Assembly (NCBI GenBank): GCA_964218365.1
Contig: CAXPMI010000041.1
Span: forward strand, 1,825 to 65,824
Direction: 5' to 3'
Length of the DNA: 64,000 bases
From: Candidatus Poseidoniaceae archaeon
GTDB taxonomy: Archaea > Thermoplasmatota > Poseidoniia > Poseidoniales > Poseidoniaceae
The position numbers and the translations under genes are program-made. Positions 1 to 8,283 of the stretch are shown here, one piece after another. The notes beneath the pieces are model-generated. The model was not told the origin of the DNA, made no database searches, and saw nothing but the letters and a program-made list of their open reading frames with translations. The stretch's first letter is position 1. Every line of letters starts with the position of its first letter.

Positions 1-1535
1 CTGAAAACCTCCGCGGTGGTGTTCAACCAGAGAGGATTATGTGTATTGCAGAACATGACCTTGCAGGTAAATTGAATCCAGGAGACCGCGTCACGGCCAA
101 CGGCATGTTATTCGTTAGAAGTCAAAGAAAAGCAGGAAAGGACACACCAATCTTTGACATTTTCATGAGAATTCACAGCATTCAAAGAGATAATATTCCA
201 CTAGAAGAAATTCAAATTTCTGACGATGAAGAAAGGCAGATCAAGGAGTTAGCAAGGAGAGACGATATCCACGATTTATTGACTCGCTCAATCGCTCCGT
301 CGATTTTTGGAATGACGAGGCAAAAGGAATCCCTCATGCTACAATTGTTTGGAGGAGTTGCTTCCAAAGCCAAAGATGGTACAAGACTACGTGGAGACAT
401 ACACATTCTGTTGATGGGTGACCCTGGTGTTGCCAAGTCACAGTTACTATCCTACATGTCTCAAATCTCTCCTCGTGGCCGCTTTACTTCAGGTATGTCA
501 GCATCAGCAGCAGGTTTGACTGCAGCAGCAGTTCAAGATTCAGCGGCAGATGGAAGGTGGACACTAGAGGCCGGTGCACTAGCACTTGCAGACCTTGGAT
601 TAGCTGCAATTGACGAATTCGACAAGATGAATGAAAATGACCGCTCTTCGATGCACGAGGCGATGGAACAGCAGAGGATTTCGGTTTCAAAGGCGGGAAT
701 AAATGCAACACTGTCGACTAGGTGTGCTATTCTAGCCGCTGCAAACCCGAAAGCAGGGCGTTTTCAGGCGGTTTCTGAGGTGCCATTTACTCAACAAATC
801 AATCTTAAACCTGCACTGATTTCGAGATTTGATGTTATCTGGTTGCTAACCGACCAACCAGTTGCAGACCACGATTCTTTGATTGCGAATCATATCATGA
901 ACAATAGGGCGGATTCGACTCCAGAAATCCTGATTGAACAAGGAAGTGAAGTTGACCCTGCTAAATCTGCAATGCATGAGGGAGTTGACAATAAAGAAGG
1001 GATTATCAATAGAGAATTAATTAGAAAATATGTCGCATTCGCTAAAAGATCAATTCATCCTAGACTTACAGATGAATCACGGGAAGCACTCAGAGAATTT
1101 TATGTTGAAACCCGTAGGCAGAGTGGCGAATCAACAGATTCAATTTCAATCTCAGCCAGGGCAATTGAAGGCCTATACAGGTTAGCTCAGGCATCTGCTA
1201 GGGTGCGGCTATCCGAAATGGCAACTATCGAAGACGCCGAGAGATCTATCCGATTGACTCGATTTTGGCGCCACGAATTGATGGGAGAAAACTTCGATGA
1301 GACAACAATTCATTCTGGAAAGAAGCCGACAAAGAGAAACAGAGAAAGGGCGATTGTCGAAATTGTCAGAAGAATAACGCTCGAATCCGGTAATGCGGCG
1401 AATTTGAATGACGTTTTAACAGAAGTTGGTAGACTGGACATTAGTCAGGATGTTGCTATGGATATCATTGACGAGTTGGTAACAGCTGGTCAACTAATGC
1501 GTCCACAAGGTTATGAAACACTCGCACCTGTTTGA
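1..1535 (+). CDS. mcm: MCM replicative helicase, 5'-truncated by the window edge
   Basis: The frame-3 ORF is open back to nt 3 (ENLRGGVQPERI precedes the listed Met at 39). AAA+ motifs: Walker A MGDPGVAKSQ, Walker B AAIDEFDKM, arginine finger SRFD. Helical C-terminal tail. Confidence 0.95.
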   Translation, partial: ENLRGGVQPERIMCIAEHDLAGKLNPGDRVTANGMLFVRSQRKAGKDTPIFDIFMRIHSIQRDNIPLEEIQISDDEERQIKELARRDDIHDLLTRSIAPSIFGMTRQKESLMLQLFGGVASKAKDGTRLRGDIHILLMGDPGVAKSQLLSYMSQISPRGRFTSGMSASAAGLTAAAVQDSAADGRWTLEAGALALADLGLAAIDEFDKMNENDRSSMHEAMEQQRISVSKAGINATLSTRCAILAAANPKAGRFQAVSEVPFTQQINLKPALISRFDVIWLLTDQPVADHDSLIANHIMNNRADSTPEILIEQGSEVDPAKSAMHEGVDNKEGIINRELIRKYVAFAKRSIHPRLTDESREALREFYVETRRQSGESTDSISISARAIEGLYRLAQASARVRLSEMATIEDAERSIRLTRFWRHELMGENFDETTIHSGKKPTKRNRERAIVEIVRRITLESGNAANLNDVLTEVGRLDISQDVAMDIIDELVTAGQLMRPQGYETLAPV

Positions 1536-1574
1536 TACGATGCTTCATATCAAGGAAATATTTCAGGTGTCAAT

Positions 1575-3566
1575 ATGGAACCTATTGGTGATGTAGCAAA
1601 CCCTGCATCCCTTGACCCTGAAAGTTTAGGTTTCATGTGTGGAATAGAAGTCCATCAGCAATTGGCAACTGGAAAATTGCACTCTAGACAACCAGGTGAA
1701 CTTCATGACATCACTATCGAAACACTACCGGAAGATTGGCAGCGTTACTATCGCAAATTACGCTCATCATCAGGTGAAGGCGGTGCAGTGGACGTAGCTG
1801 CAAGATTTGAGGCTCGAAGAAACCGGTCATTCGTTTACTGTCAAGCACCGAATGCAGGCCTAATTGAATTGGATGAACAACCGCCTTTGCCCCACGACAA
1901 AGACGCGCTAGACATCTCACTAACAGTTTCTGGAATGCTTGGAGCGCATCCAGTTCCATTGCTGCAGACAATGCGCAAAACAGTAGTCGATGGTTCCAAT
2001 ACTAGCGGTTTCCAGAGAACGACCCTTGTCGCTACAGACGGGGTGTTGGAAACAGAGGGTGGCCCAGTTGGAATAGACGTGCTTTGTCTAGAAGAAGACA
2101 GTGCGCGTAAGCTAGACAGTGAGTTGACTCCATCGGGCGAAGTAGTAACTTGGAACTTGGACAGGCTCGGAATTCCACTCATCGAAATTGCAACAGCACC
2201 TGACGTAAAGACCCCAGACCACGCAAAGCAAACCTCGATTGCACTGGGAAGAACTCTACGAGATACTAGGCGGGTTCGCAGAGGACTTGGTAGCATTAGA
2301 CAAGACTTGAATGTCTCAATTATGTGTGGAGACAGAGTTGAAATCAAAGGTTGTCAGGACTTGGAATGGATTCCAAGAATTATTAGATGCGAGATGGCAA
2401 GGCAACTCCACTTTTTCAGATTAGCAAACCAACTTAGAGAGATGCACGGCCTTCCTTTGCTACCTAATGACCGACGAGAAGAATCAGAATCGATTACAGA
2501 TCAGGTTAGTGAACTACTCCCAATGAAAATGGTTGATGTTTCTTCACGATTTGCGTCTTGTGAGGCAAATAGAGTAAAACAAGGGCTTGCTGAAAAATCA
2601 GTAATGTTAGCGCTACCATTACCAGGGTTCTCAGGCTTGATTGGAACCAAAGAATTCGATGCAGATGGAGCACAAATGCCACGTCTAGGTAGGGAACTCG
2701 CAGGTGCAGCAAAATTAGCAGGCGTAGCCGGAGTATACCACTCGGATGAATTGCCTGCTTATGGAATCGAACAGGAATTTGTTGATGCAACAAAGGATGC
2801 ACTGGAAGGATGCGACGCATTCGTTCTGTGTCTAGCGCCTAAATGGCAAGCAGAGTTAGCACTTGAGAGTGTACTCAACAGGGCGCGCCTGGCATTCGAA
2901 AGAATTCCTCAAGAGGTTAGAAATGTAGTCATCCGTAAAGGTTCGCCTGAAGACGGAACTACAACTCCAATGCGACCGTTACCCGGCGGTGCGAGAATGT
3001 ACCCGGAGACCGACATTCCTCCACTATCTATCTCACAAAACATGTGGAAACAGGTAATGGAAAACCTACCAATGACTCAAGATGAAAGGCGTTCAAGGTT
3101 GGAAAAGTTCGACATTAGCGAGGACCAACTCAAGCAGTTACTGTCTAGAGAATTGGACGATCACTTCGTATCTCATTCACAAGGCCTTCCTCAGAAAGCA
3201 TGGGCTACGATGTTATTGGAAAATGAAGGCAATATAGGGCTGATGGCGCTAGTTCTTGCTGCAAAAGAAGCAGGACATGTCACCAGAGAAGGAATGCAAC
3301 CCTTGCTCGTAGAGTTTGACGGGAAAAATCCGACCATAGACCAACTTTCCTCTAAAGCAGAAGAATTGGGCCTAAAGCCTGCAGATGCCAGTGATTTAGC
3401 CGATATTGTTGCCAGGGTAGTCTCAGGCCGCCTTGATTTCGTTAAGGAAAGAGGCATGGGTGCCATGGGCCCGTTAATGGGACTTGTGATGAAGGAATGT
3501 GGTGGCGCTGCAGATGGAAAGCAAGTCAGTGCTCTATTGCGAGAAGAAATCATGAGGCATGTTTGA
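1575..3566 (+). CDS. gatE: Glu-tRNA(Gln) amidotransferase subunit E (archaeal GatE)
   Basis: 663 aa. GatB/E core motifs GIEVHQQL, IPLIEIATAPD, GLGSIRQDLNVS. C-terminal YqeY/GatB-like tail GAMGPLMGLVMKE. AGGTG box upstream of the ATG. Confidence 0.9.
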   Translation: MEPIGDVANPASLDPESLGFMCGIEVHQQLATGKLHSRQPGELHDITIETLPEDWQRYYRKLRSSSGEGGAVDVAARFEARRNRSFVYCQAPNAGLIELDEQPPLPHDKDALDISLTVSGMLGAHPVPLLQTMRKTVVDGSNTSGFQRTTLVATDGVLETEGGPVGIDVLCLEEDSARKLDSELTPSGEVVTWNLDRLGIPLIEIATAPDVKTPDHAKQTSIALGRTLRDTRRVRRGLGSIRQDLNVSIMCGDRVEIKGCQDLEWIPRIIRCEMARQLHFFRLANQLREMHGLPLLPNDRREESESITDQVSELLPMKMVDVSSRFASCEANRVKQGLAEKSVMLALPLPGFSGLIGTKEFDADGAQMPRLGRELAGAAKLAGVAGVYHSDELPAYGIEQEFVDATKDALEGCDAFVLCLAPKWQAELALESVLNRARLAFERIPQEVRNVVIRKGSPEDGTTTPMRPLPGGARMYPETDIPPLSISQNMWKQVMENLPMTQDERRSRLEKFDISEDQLKQLLSRELDDHFVSHSQGLPQKAWATMLLENEGNIGLMALVLAAKEAGHVTREGMQPLLVEFDGKNPTIDQLSSKAEELGLKPADASDLADIVARVVSGRLDFVKERGMGAMGPLMGLVMKECGGAADGKQVSALLREEIMRHV

Positions 3567-5212
3567 TGAGGCAAATACTCGTTGTACTTTGCTTGCTTAC
3601 TTGTTTATTGATTCCCAATTCAATTGCTGATTCTGATAATCAAGAAAATTGGGAAGTGGATCTTGAAAACGGATATATCTCCACGAAACCGATTTTTATC
3701 GATGACCAAGTAATCGTCAGAACCTCGGGCTTTTGGACAGGAGAAGATAGACCTCACGTATACTCATTCGATGTTCAAAGTGGGATCGAGAATTGGAGAT
3801 TTTCAAACCCTAATTCAACCAATCACGACATGAGCCCACTTCTCCATATCAGTGCAGGTCAAGGCGAATGTGGCACCTGGCCAGACTTGATTTTAGTAGC
3901 ATGGACAGATGGTAAAGTTACAGCCCTAAATCCGGATGATGGCGGCTTAATTTGGTCATCAAAAACAGAGGTTGTAACTTGGGGCATAACTGGAGCGATG
4001 GCACAAGATGGTGAAAATCTCGTTGTACCCACAAGACAGGGTTTGTCTAGATTTTGTTTGAGTGATGGCACTGAAAACCTTAGAGTCGACTTACCGCAAT
4101 TAGGTTGGAGAAACGGAGTAACGATTACAGATGACAGTTACTTGCTAGGTAATGAAGAAGGAGTTCTCAACATAGTTTCCAAAGATGGTAATGTCACAAA
4201 TTTCACGCTAAGTCAAGGCATGATCCGCCATCCGCCAATAGTCACGACAGCAGGTATAATTTCACACTTGCAAACAAGTTCAGGCTCTGCGATTTATCTC
4301 GATACTGAATTGATATCTGAAGAAGGAAGGTCCCCAGCGATTCCTGTCAAGATTGGAAATAAAGTCTACTTCGGAACCAGCGAGAGTGTCAGCGTGTGGG
4401 TTTGTGAAACTGATTGCGTTCTAGAAGGAAGGTCAGAATTCCATACGAACGGTGAAATTACCATCGAACCTAATGGAGAAGATTCCGTTTTGTGGTACCC
4501 AAGAAATACTCAGCAGGGAGGTTGGGGTTACGGAATTCCCAGTGAAGAAATCAAATTGTTTTCCTCAAGTCATGATACTTACACCACAGCAGGAATGTCC
4601 TTTGGCCCAAATGGTGAGATGGCTTTTGGGAATGATGCAGGAGTTTTAGTGGTAATTCTAAGTGATGAAAATCTAAAATCAATCAAACAAGAAGATAGCC
4701 GCAGTTCATCTTTCCAAGCACATCCGGCACATTTCTTGATGGTAGGATTACTCCTTGGAATTGCCTATTCAATTTACAATTCCAATCGTGATTTAACAAA
4801 TAAGTTAGGAGTGTTGCTGATACTTGTCATAGCAGTTTTCACACTACCATCCGTTTCAGAAATCTGGTCAAAGGAAGTTGGCAAACTTACGGAGGGTTCA
4901 GGAGATTGGAATGACGATTGGCCAGATTCATGGAAAGAAACTCAGGTAGTAGTCTTTGAATTACCAGACGGAGAAATTGCTATTGGCGGCTTAACTGGTT
5001 ACGAGAATGTTGAACAGTTGACTGATGCCGCAGCTGCGGAATTGGGCGTAATTATCGAAAAGGAATCTTACAGCCTAGGAACAATGGTTGTATCAGTCGA
5101 TGGACACGAATTAGAGGGCTGGGAATTTACCATAGATGGAGAGAGAACACCGGTAGGAATTTCTCAAGCAGAGGTAAGCGAAGACTCCGTTGTACGATGG
5201 TCGGCAGCGTGA
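3566..5212 (+). CDS. Secreted PQQ/BamB-like beta-propeller protein with two TM helices and a C-terminal DUF4430-like (transcobalamin-like) domain
   Basis: Start moved to ATG 3566, which overlaps the gatE stop as TGATG. Signal peptide MRQILVVLCLLTCLLIPNSIADS. Propeller-type repeats (IENWRF, GGLIWSS). Hydrophobic helices FLMVGLLLGIAYSIY and LGVLLILVIAVFTLPSV. The tail GWEFTIDGERTPVGISQAEVSEDSVVRW resembles DUF4430 from memory. Confidence 0.6.
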   Translation: MRQILVVLCLLTCLLIPNSIADSDNQENWEVDLENGYISTKPIFIDDQVIVRTSGFWTGEDRPHVYSFDVQSGIENWRFSNPNSTNHDMSPLLHISAGQGECGTWPDLILVAWTDGKVTALNPDDGGLIWSSKTEVVTWGITGAMAQDGENLVVPTRQGLSRFCLSDGTENLRVDLPQLGWRNGVTITDDSYLLGNEEGVLNIVSKDGNVTNFTLSQGMIRHPPIVTTAGIISHLQTSSGSAIYLDTELISEEGRSPAIPVKIGNKVYFGTSESVSVWVCETDCVLEGRSEFHTNGEITIEPNGEDSVLWYPRNTQQGGWGYGIPSEEIKLFSSSHDTYTTAGMSFGPNGEMAFGNDAGVLVVILSDENLKSIKQEDSRSSSFQAHPAHFLMVGLLLGIAYSIYNSNRDLTNKLGVLLILVIAVFTLPSVSEIWSKEVGKLTEGSGDWNDDWPDSWKETQVVVFELPDGEIAIGGLTGYENVEQLTDAAAAELGVIIEKESYSLGTMVVSVDGHELEGWEFTIDGERTPVGISQAEVSEDSVVRWSAA

Positions 5213-5244
5213 AGTTGAAATCTTGAACCCTACAGGGCCTAAAC

Positions 5245-5904
5245 ATGGTAATGACCGACGGGGCACATGGTACAACTCTTGGCCCTGTTGAAATGCTAGT
5301 TCTGAATGTAATACTGATTTCATTCTCATTCTTCTTGCTGTGCCGTCCTTCTCAATCTGCAAAGCGTGAGATTTTGGTGTTGACTAGCATAACTACAGCA
5401 GCAGCAGCAAGCCGTATTTTGCTTGAGCCATTCCCTAACGTTCAACCATTGACAGTAATGTGTTTAGTAATGGGTGCATCACTGGGTGCTCGAAGAGGAA
5501 TGGCGTTTGCTGTAATGGCTACAATGCTCTCTAACCTAGTCTTGTCACACGGACTTTGGACTTTCTTCCAAGCGACCGGTTGGGCCGCAGTAGCATTTGC
5601 AGGTTCAAAGTTAGGGCTTGTGTTAGAGTCACAGGTTGCAATGAAGAGACTCCTTTATTCAGCCGTAATTGCTTCAGTACTATTCGATTGGTGGGTCTCA
5701 CTCTCCGTCCTTTCAAGCCTAACAACGGTCTCTGATTTCGGAATATATCTTCTGAACGGACTACCATTCGATGCTATCCATGCTATCGCTAGCATTGCAA
5801 GTGCGGTATGTATCGCGCCATATCTAGCAAATCTACTGCACGTCGAGACTGCGACTATGGAAGAGCCACTCTCTATTGGTGAGGCTGATGTCATCATTGC
5901 CTAA
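5245..5904 (+). CDS. Polytopic membrane protein, ECF-type S-component-like
   Basis: 219 aa with about 6 hydrophobic helices. Small-residue-rich helix LLEPFPNVQPLTVMCLVMGASLGARRGMAF. Family call is from memory only. Sits directly downstream of the DUF4430-containing gene. Confidence 0.4.
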   Translation: MVMTDGAHGTTLGPVEMLVLNVILISFSFFLLCRPSQSAKREILVLTSITTAAAASRILLEPFPNVQPLTVMCLVMGASLGARRGMAFAVMATMLSNLVLSHGLWTFFQATGWAAVAFAGSKLGLVLESQVAMKRLLYSAVIASVLFDWWVSLSVLSSLTTVSDFGIYLLNGLPFDAIHAIASIASAVCIAPYLANLLHVETATMEEPLSIGEADVIIA

Positions 5905-5914
5905 TGAAGTCACG

Positions 5915-6256
5915 ATGGTCCTAGTGACTCGTGATGACTTGAAATTGTCCAAAGGCAAACTCGCTGCACAGTGTTCGCATGCTGCGGTCAACTGCGCAAT
6001 GAAAGCGAAGAGAAAGGCTACACGCCTCTATGAGCGTTGGAATAATTTCGGTGCTAGGAAAATAGTAGTCAGAGCTGATGATGAGAGCCATCTCAGGCGA
6101 TTATACGCAAAGGCACTGGAAGGTAGTTTGGTTTGTGATTTGGTGAAGGATGCCGGACACACTGAGATCCCACCTGGTACTGTTACTGTGTTGGGAATTG
6201 GTCCTGCTCCAAGAGCAGCGGTTGATGCGATAACTGGCGACCTGAAACTGCTTTGA
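5915..6256 (+). CDS. pth2: Peptidyl-tRNA hydrolase, archaeal/eukaryotic Pth2 type
   Basis: DLKLSKGKLAAQCSHAAV and VTVLGIGPAP motifs. About 113 aa from ATG 5915, which lies after the upstream stop at 5904. ATG 5888 or TTG 5876 are alternative starts. Confidence 0.85.
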   Translation: MVLVTRDDLKLSKGKLAAQCSHAAVNCAMKAKRKATRLYERWNNFGARKIVVRADDESHLRRLYAKALEGSLVCDLVKDAGHTEIPPGTVTVLGIGPAPRAAVDAITGDLKLL

Positions 6257-6278
6257 GTGAAGTCGGTTTAGCATAGCC

Positions 6279-7319
6279 ATGCGCGAGTATCCCTCAGACC
6301 GTGTCGATGTCAGAAGTGACACTGTTACCCAGCCGACGCAAGCCATGCGCTCCGTAATGGAGACGGCGAAAGTTGGCGATGACGTTCTTGGCGATGACCC
6401 AACTGTCATCAAATTACAAGATCGTCTTGCAAAGATGTTTGGCAAAGAAGCCGCCTTATTCGTGGCTAGTGGGACAATGGCAAACGCAATCGCACTCAGA
6501 ACTCATACCGTGCCAGGCGACGAAATTGTTTGTGACAAGACCGCTCATATCTACAAGTATGAAGGTGGAGGGTATGCTGCACTGTGTGGAGCGTCAATCT
6601 CTCTCGTTGAAGGTAAAGGCGGCCTAATGACGGCTCAACAAGTCAAGAAAGCAATCCGCAAGGCAGAAGGCTCTGGTTCACACTATCCTGATGGAACTCT
6701 AGTCTGTGTGGAAAACACCTCCAATCTCGGTGGCGGTGCATGCTATTCACAAGAGGCATTAGACGAAATTGCCGCGGTAGCCAAAGAAAACGGATGTGCT
6801 ACTCACATCGATGGCGCTAGAATATTCAACGCATCCATTGCAACAGGAGTAGATGTTGCTAGAATGTGTAGAGATTATGATTCGGTTTCAATTTGTCTTT
6901 CAAAGGGACTTGGCGCCCCTGTAGGCTCAGTATTGGTAGGCTCTCAAGAGTTCATCAACAAGGCTCACCGTTGGCGCAAGATGTTTGGCGGTGGTTGGAG
7001 GCAAGCAGGTGTTCTTGCGGCTGCTGGATTACACGCACTAGACCATCACATTGAGCGTTTGGCTGAAGATCACATTCGCGCAAGAAGAGTTGCAGAAGCG
7101 ATTGATTCGATGGATAATTTCAGCGTTGACTTGCAAGCAGTTCAATCGAACCTTGTCTACGTTAATTGCAACATACCTGCCTCGGAGGTTGTGGCATCAT
7201 TGGCTGAACATGGAGTTGACATGTTTGACTTACCATACAATCGTGTAAGGGTCGCAATTCATCTGCACATTACCGATGAAGATGTTGACAGAATTATTGC
7301 TGCTTTCGCTGCACAATAG
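6279..7319 (+). CDS. ltaE: Low-specificity L-threonine aldolase (PLP-dependent)
   Basis: DVRSDTVTQPT, GDDVLGDDPTV and SGTMAN motifs. PLP-lysine context SICLSKGLGAPVGS. 346 aa. Confidence 0.85.
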   Translation: MREYPSDRVDVRSDTVTQPTQAMRSVMETAKVGDDVLGDDPTVIKLQDRLAKMFGKEAALFVASGTMANAIALRTHTVPGDEIVCDKTAHIYKYEGGGYAALCGASISLVEGKGGLMTAQQVKKAIRKAEGSGSHYPDGTLVCVENTSNLGGGACYSQEALDEIAAVAKENGCATHIDGARIFNASIATGVDVARMCRDYDSVSICLSKGLGAPVGSVLVGSQEFINKAHRWRKMFGGGWRQAGVLAAAGLHALDHHIERLAEDHIRARRVAEAIDSMDNFSVDLQAVQSNLVYVNCNIPASEVVASLAEHGVDMFDLPYNRVRVAIHLHITDEDVDRIIAAFAAQ

Positions 7320-8196
7320 CCGCTGCAAACATTGTGATTCCAATTACTGCAACAAGTCCAATACTTGGCAAGCTATCATCGTCATCCTCTTCGGAGACTT
7401 GAGGTTCTTCCTCTGGTTCCTCTGCCTGTGGTAAAATGACTTCGTGAATTAGGTGGACCTCTAAATCATCGCCATCGTAGGCTGTTGGCATTGTGACTTC
7501 CATTGTACCGGTAGTTGCGTTTCCTAATTCGATGATACCTCTCACGCTCTTGTTGTAGTATTCTTCTTCGTTACCACCGTCTGGGAAGTAAGCAAGTTTT
7601 TCTACAATCCAAAGCGATGATACGATTTCACTATCTTCCGGGAAGTTAGCCATATCCACTACAAGATTCCAAGTAACTACAGGGTTTGAGCCATTGGAGA
7701 CAGCCCATCCTAGTGAGGATGAACCGATTCCCAAATCTAGTGAATTCGCTAGGTTCTGATTGTAATCATCTTGCAGAGAGTTACCGTCAGGGACACTACC
7801 TATTTGTCGAATAGTTCCGTTGAAAACAGCGGTCGGAGGTAGCCTCTGTTCGTATCTTTCTATCCACCTGTCATCTCCTTCTTGTGAGCCAAGAGGGTCC
7901 TCGGTTTCTCCGATAAATCTGTGAAAGTGGTACGTTTGCATATTGTTTTCAGGCTCGATATCTTTCAGAGCATTTTCCACCGATATGCAATTTGTGCACC
8001 ATGTTGCTGTGTAATCTTCAACAATTGCTGGTAAATCAGAAAGTGTGCTCGTAGCATTACCAGACACATTTGCATCTACATGCATTCCACCAAATACCGC
8101 TCCTAGGTCATCTAAGGTCTGAGGACTTCCTGCCTGAGAATTTGGCATTGGCGACAATAATAGAACCAATGCAACCAGTAAAATTCGAGTGCGCAT
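7294..8196 (-). CDS. Secreted thioredoxin-fold-like protein with C-terminal membrane anchor
   Basis: Signal peptide MRTRILLVALVLLLSPMPNSQAG. CxxC in YTATWCTNC. Acidic linker EEPEEEPQVSEEDDDD, then TM IGLVAVIGITMFAAAIV. 26-nt convergent overlap with ltaE. Confidence 0.5.
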   Translation of the reverse strand: MRTRILLVALVLLLSPMPNSQAGSPQTLDDLGAVFGGMHVDANVSGNATSTLSDLPAIVEDYTATWCTNCISVENALKDIEPENNMQTYHFHRFIGETEDPLGSQEGDDRWIERYEQRLPPTAVFNGTIRQIGSVPDGNSLQDDYNQNLANSLDLGIGSSSLGWAVSNGSNPVVTWNLVVDMANFPEDSEIVSSLWIVEKLAYFPDGGNEEEYYNKSVRGIIELGNATTGTMEVTMPTAYDGDDLEVHLIHEVILPQAEEPEEEPQVSEEDDDDSLPSIGLVAVIGITMFAAAIVQRKQQ

Positions 8197-8283
8197 ATTA
8201 CTCCCACCTTTCGCTTTATTTTCAATGGTTTTGTCTTTAGTTCAACGCGTGGGTTCAAGAACCACCGTCTCTGAGTTTGCCCG

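Noticed and set aside
3497-3565. N-terminal extensions in the ORF track (3497, 5876, 11946, 17379, 18475, 20295, 22871, 30011, 41129, 45322, 55251, 60163, 62199)
   Set aside because: The track treats TTG/GTG as Met and extends into upstream genes. SD-supported ATGs downstream give N-termini that match family expectations or expose signal peptides.
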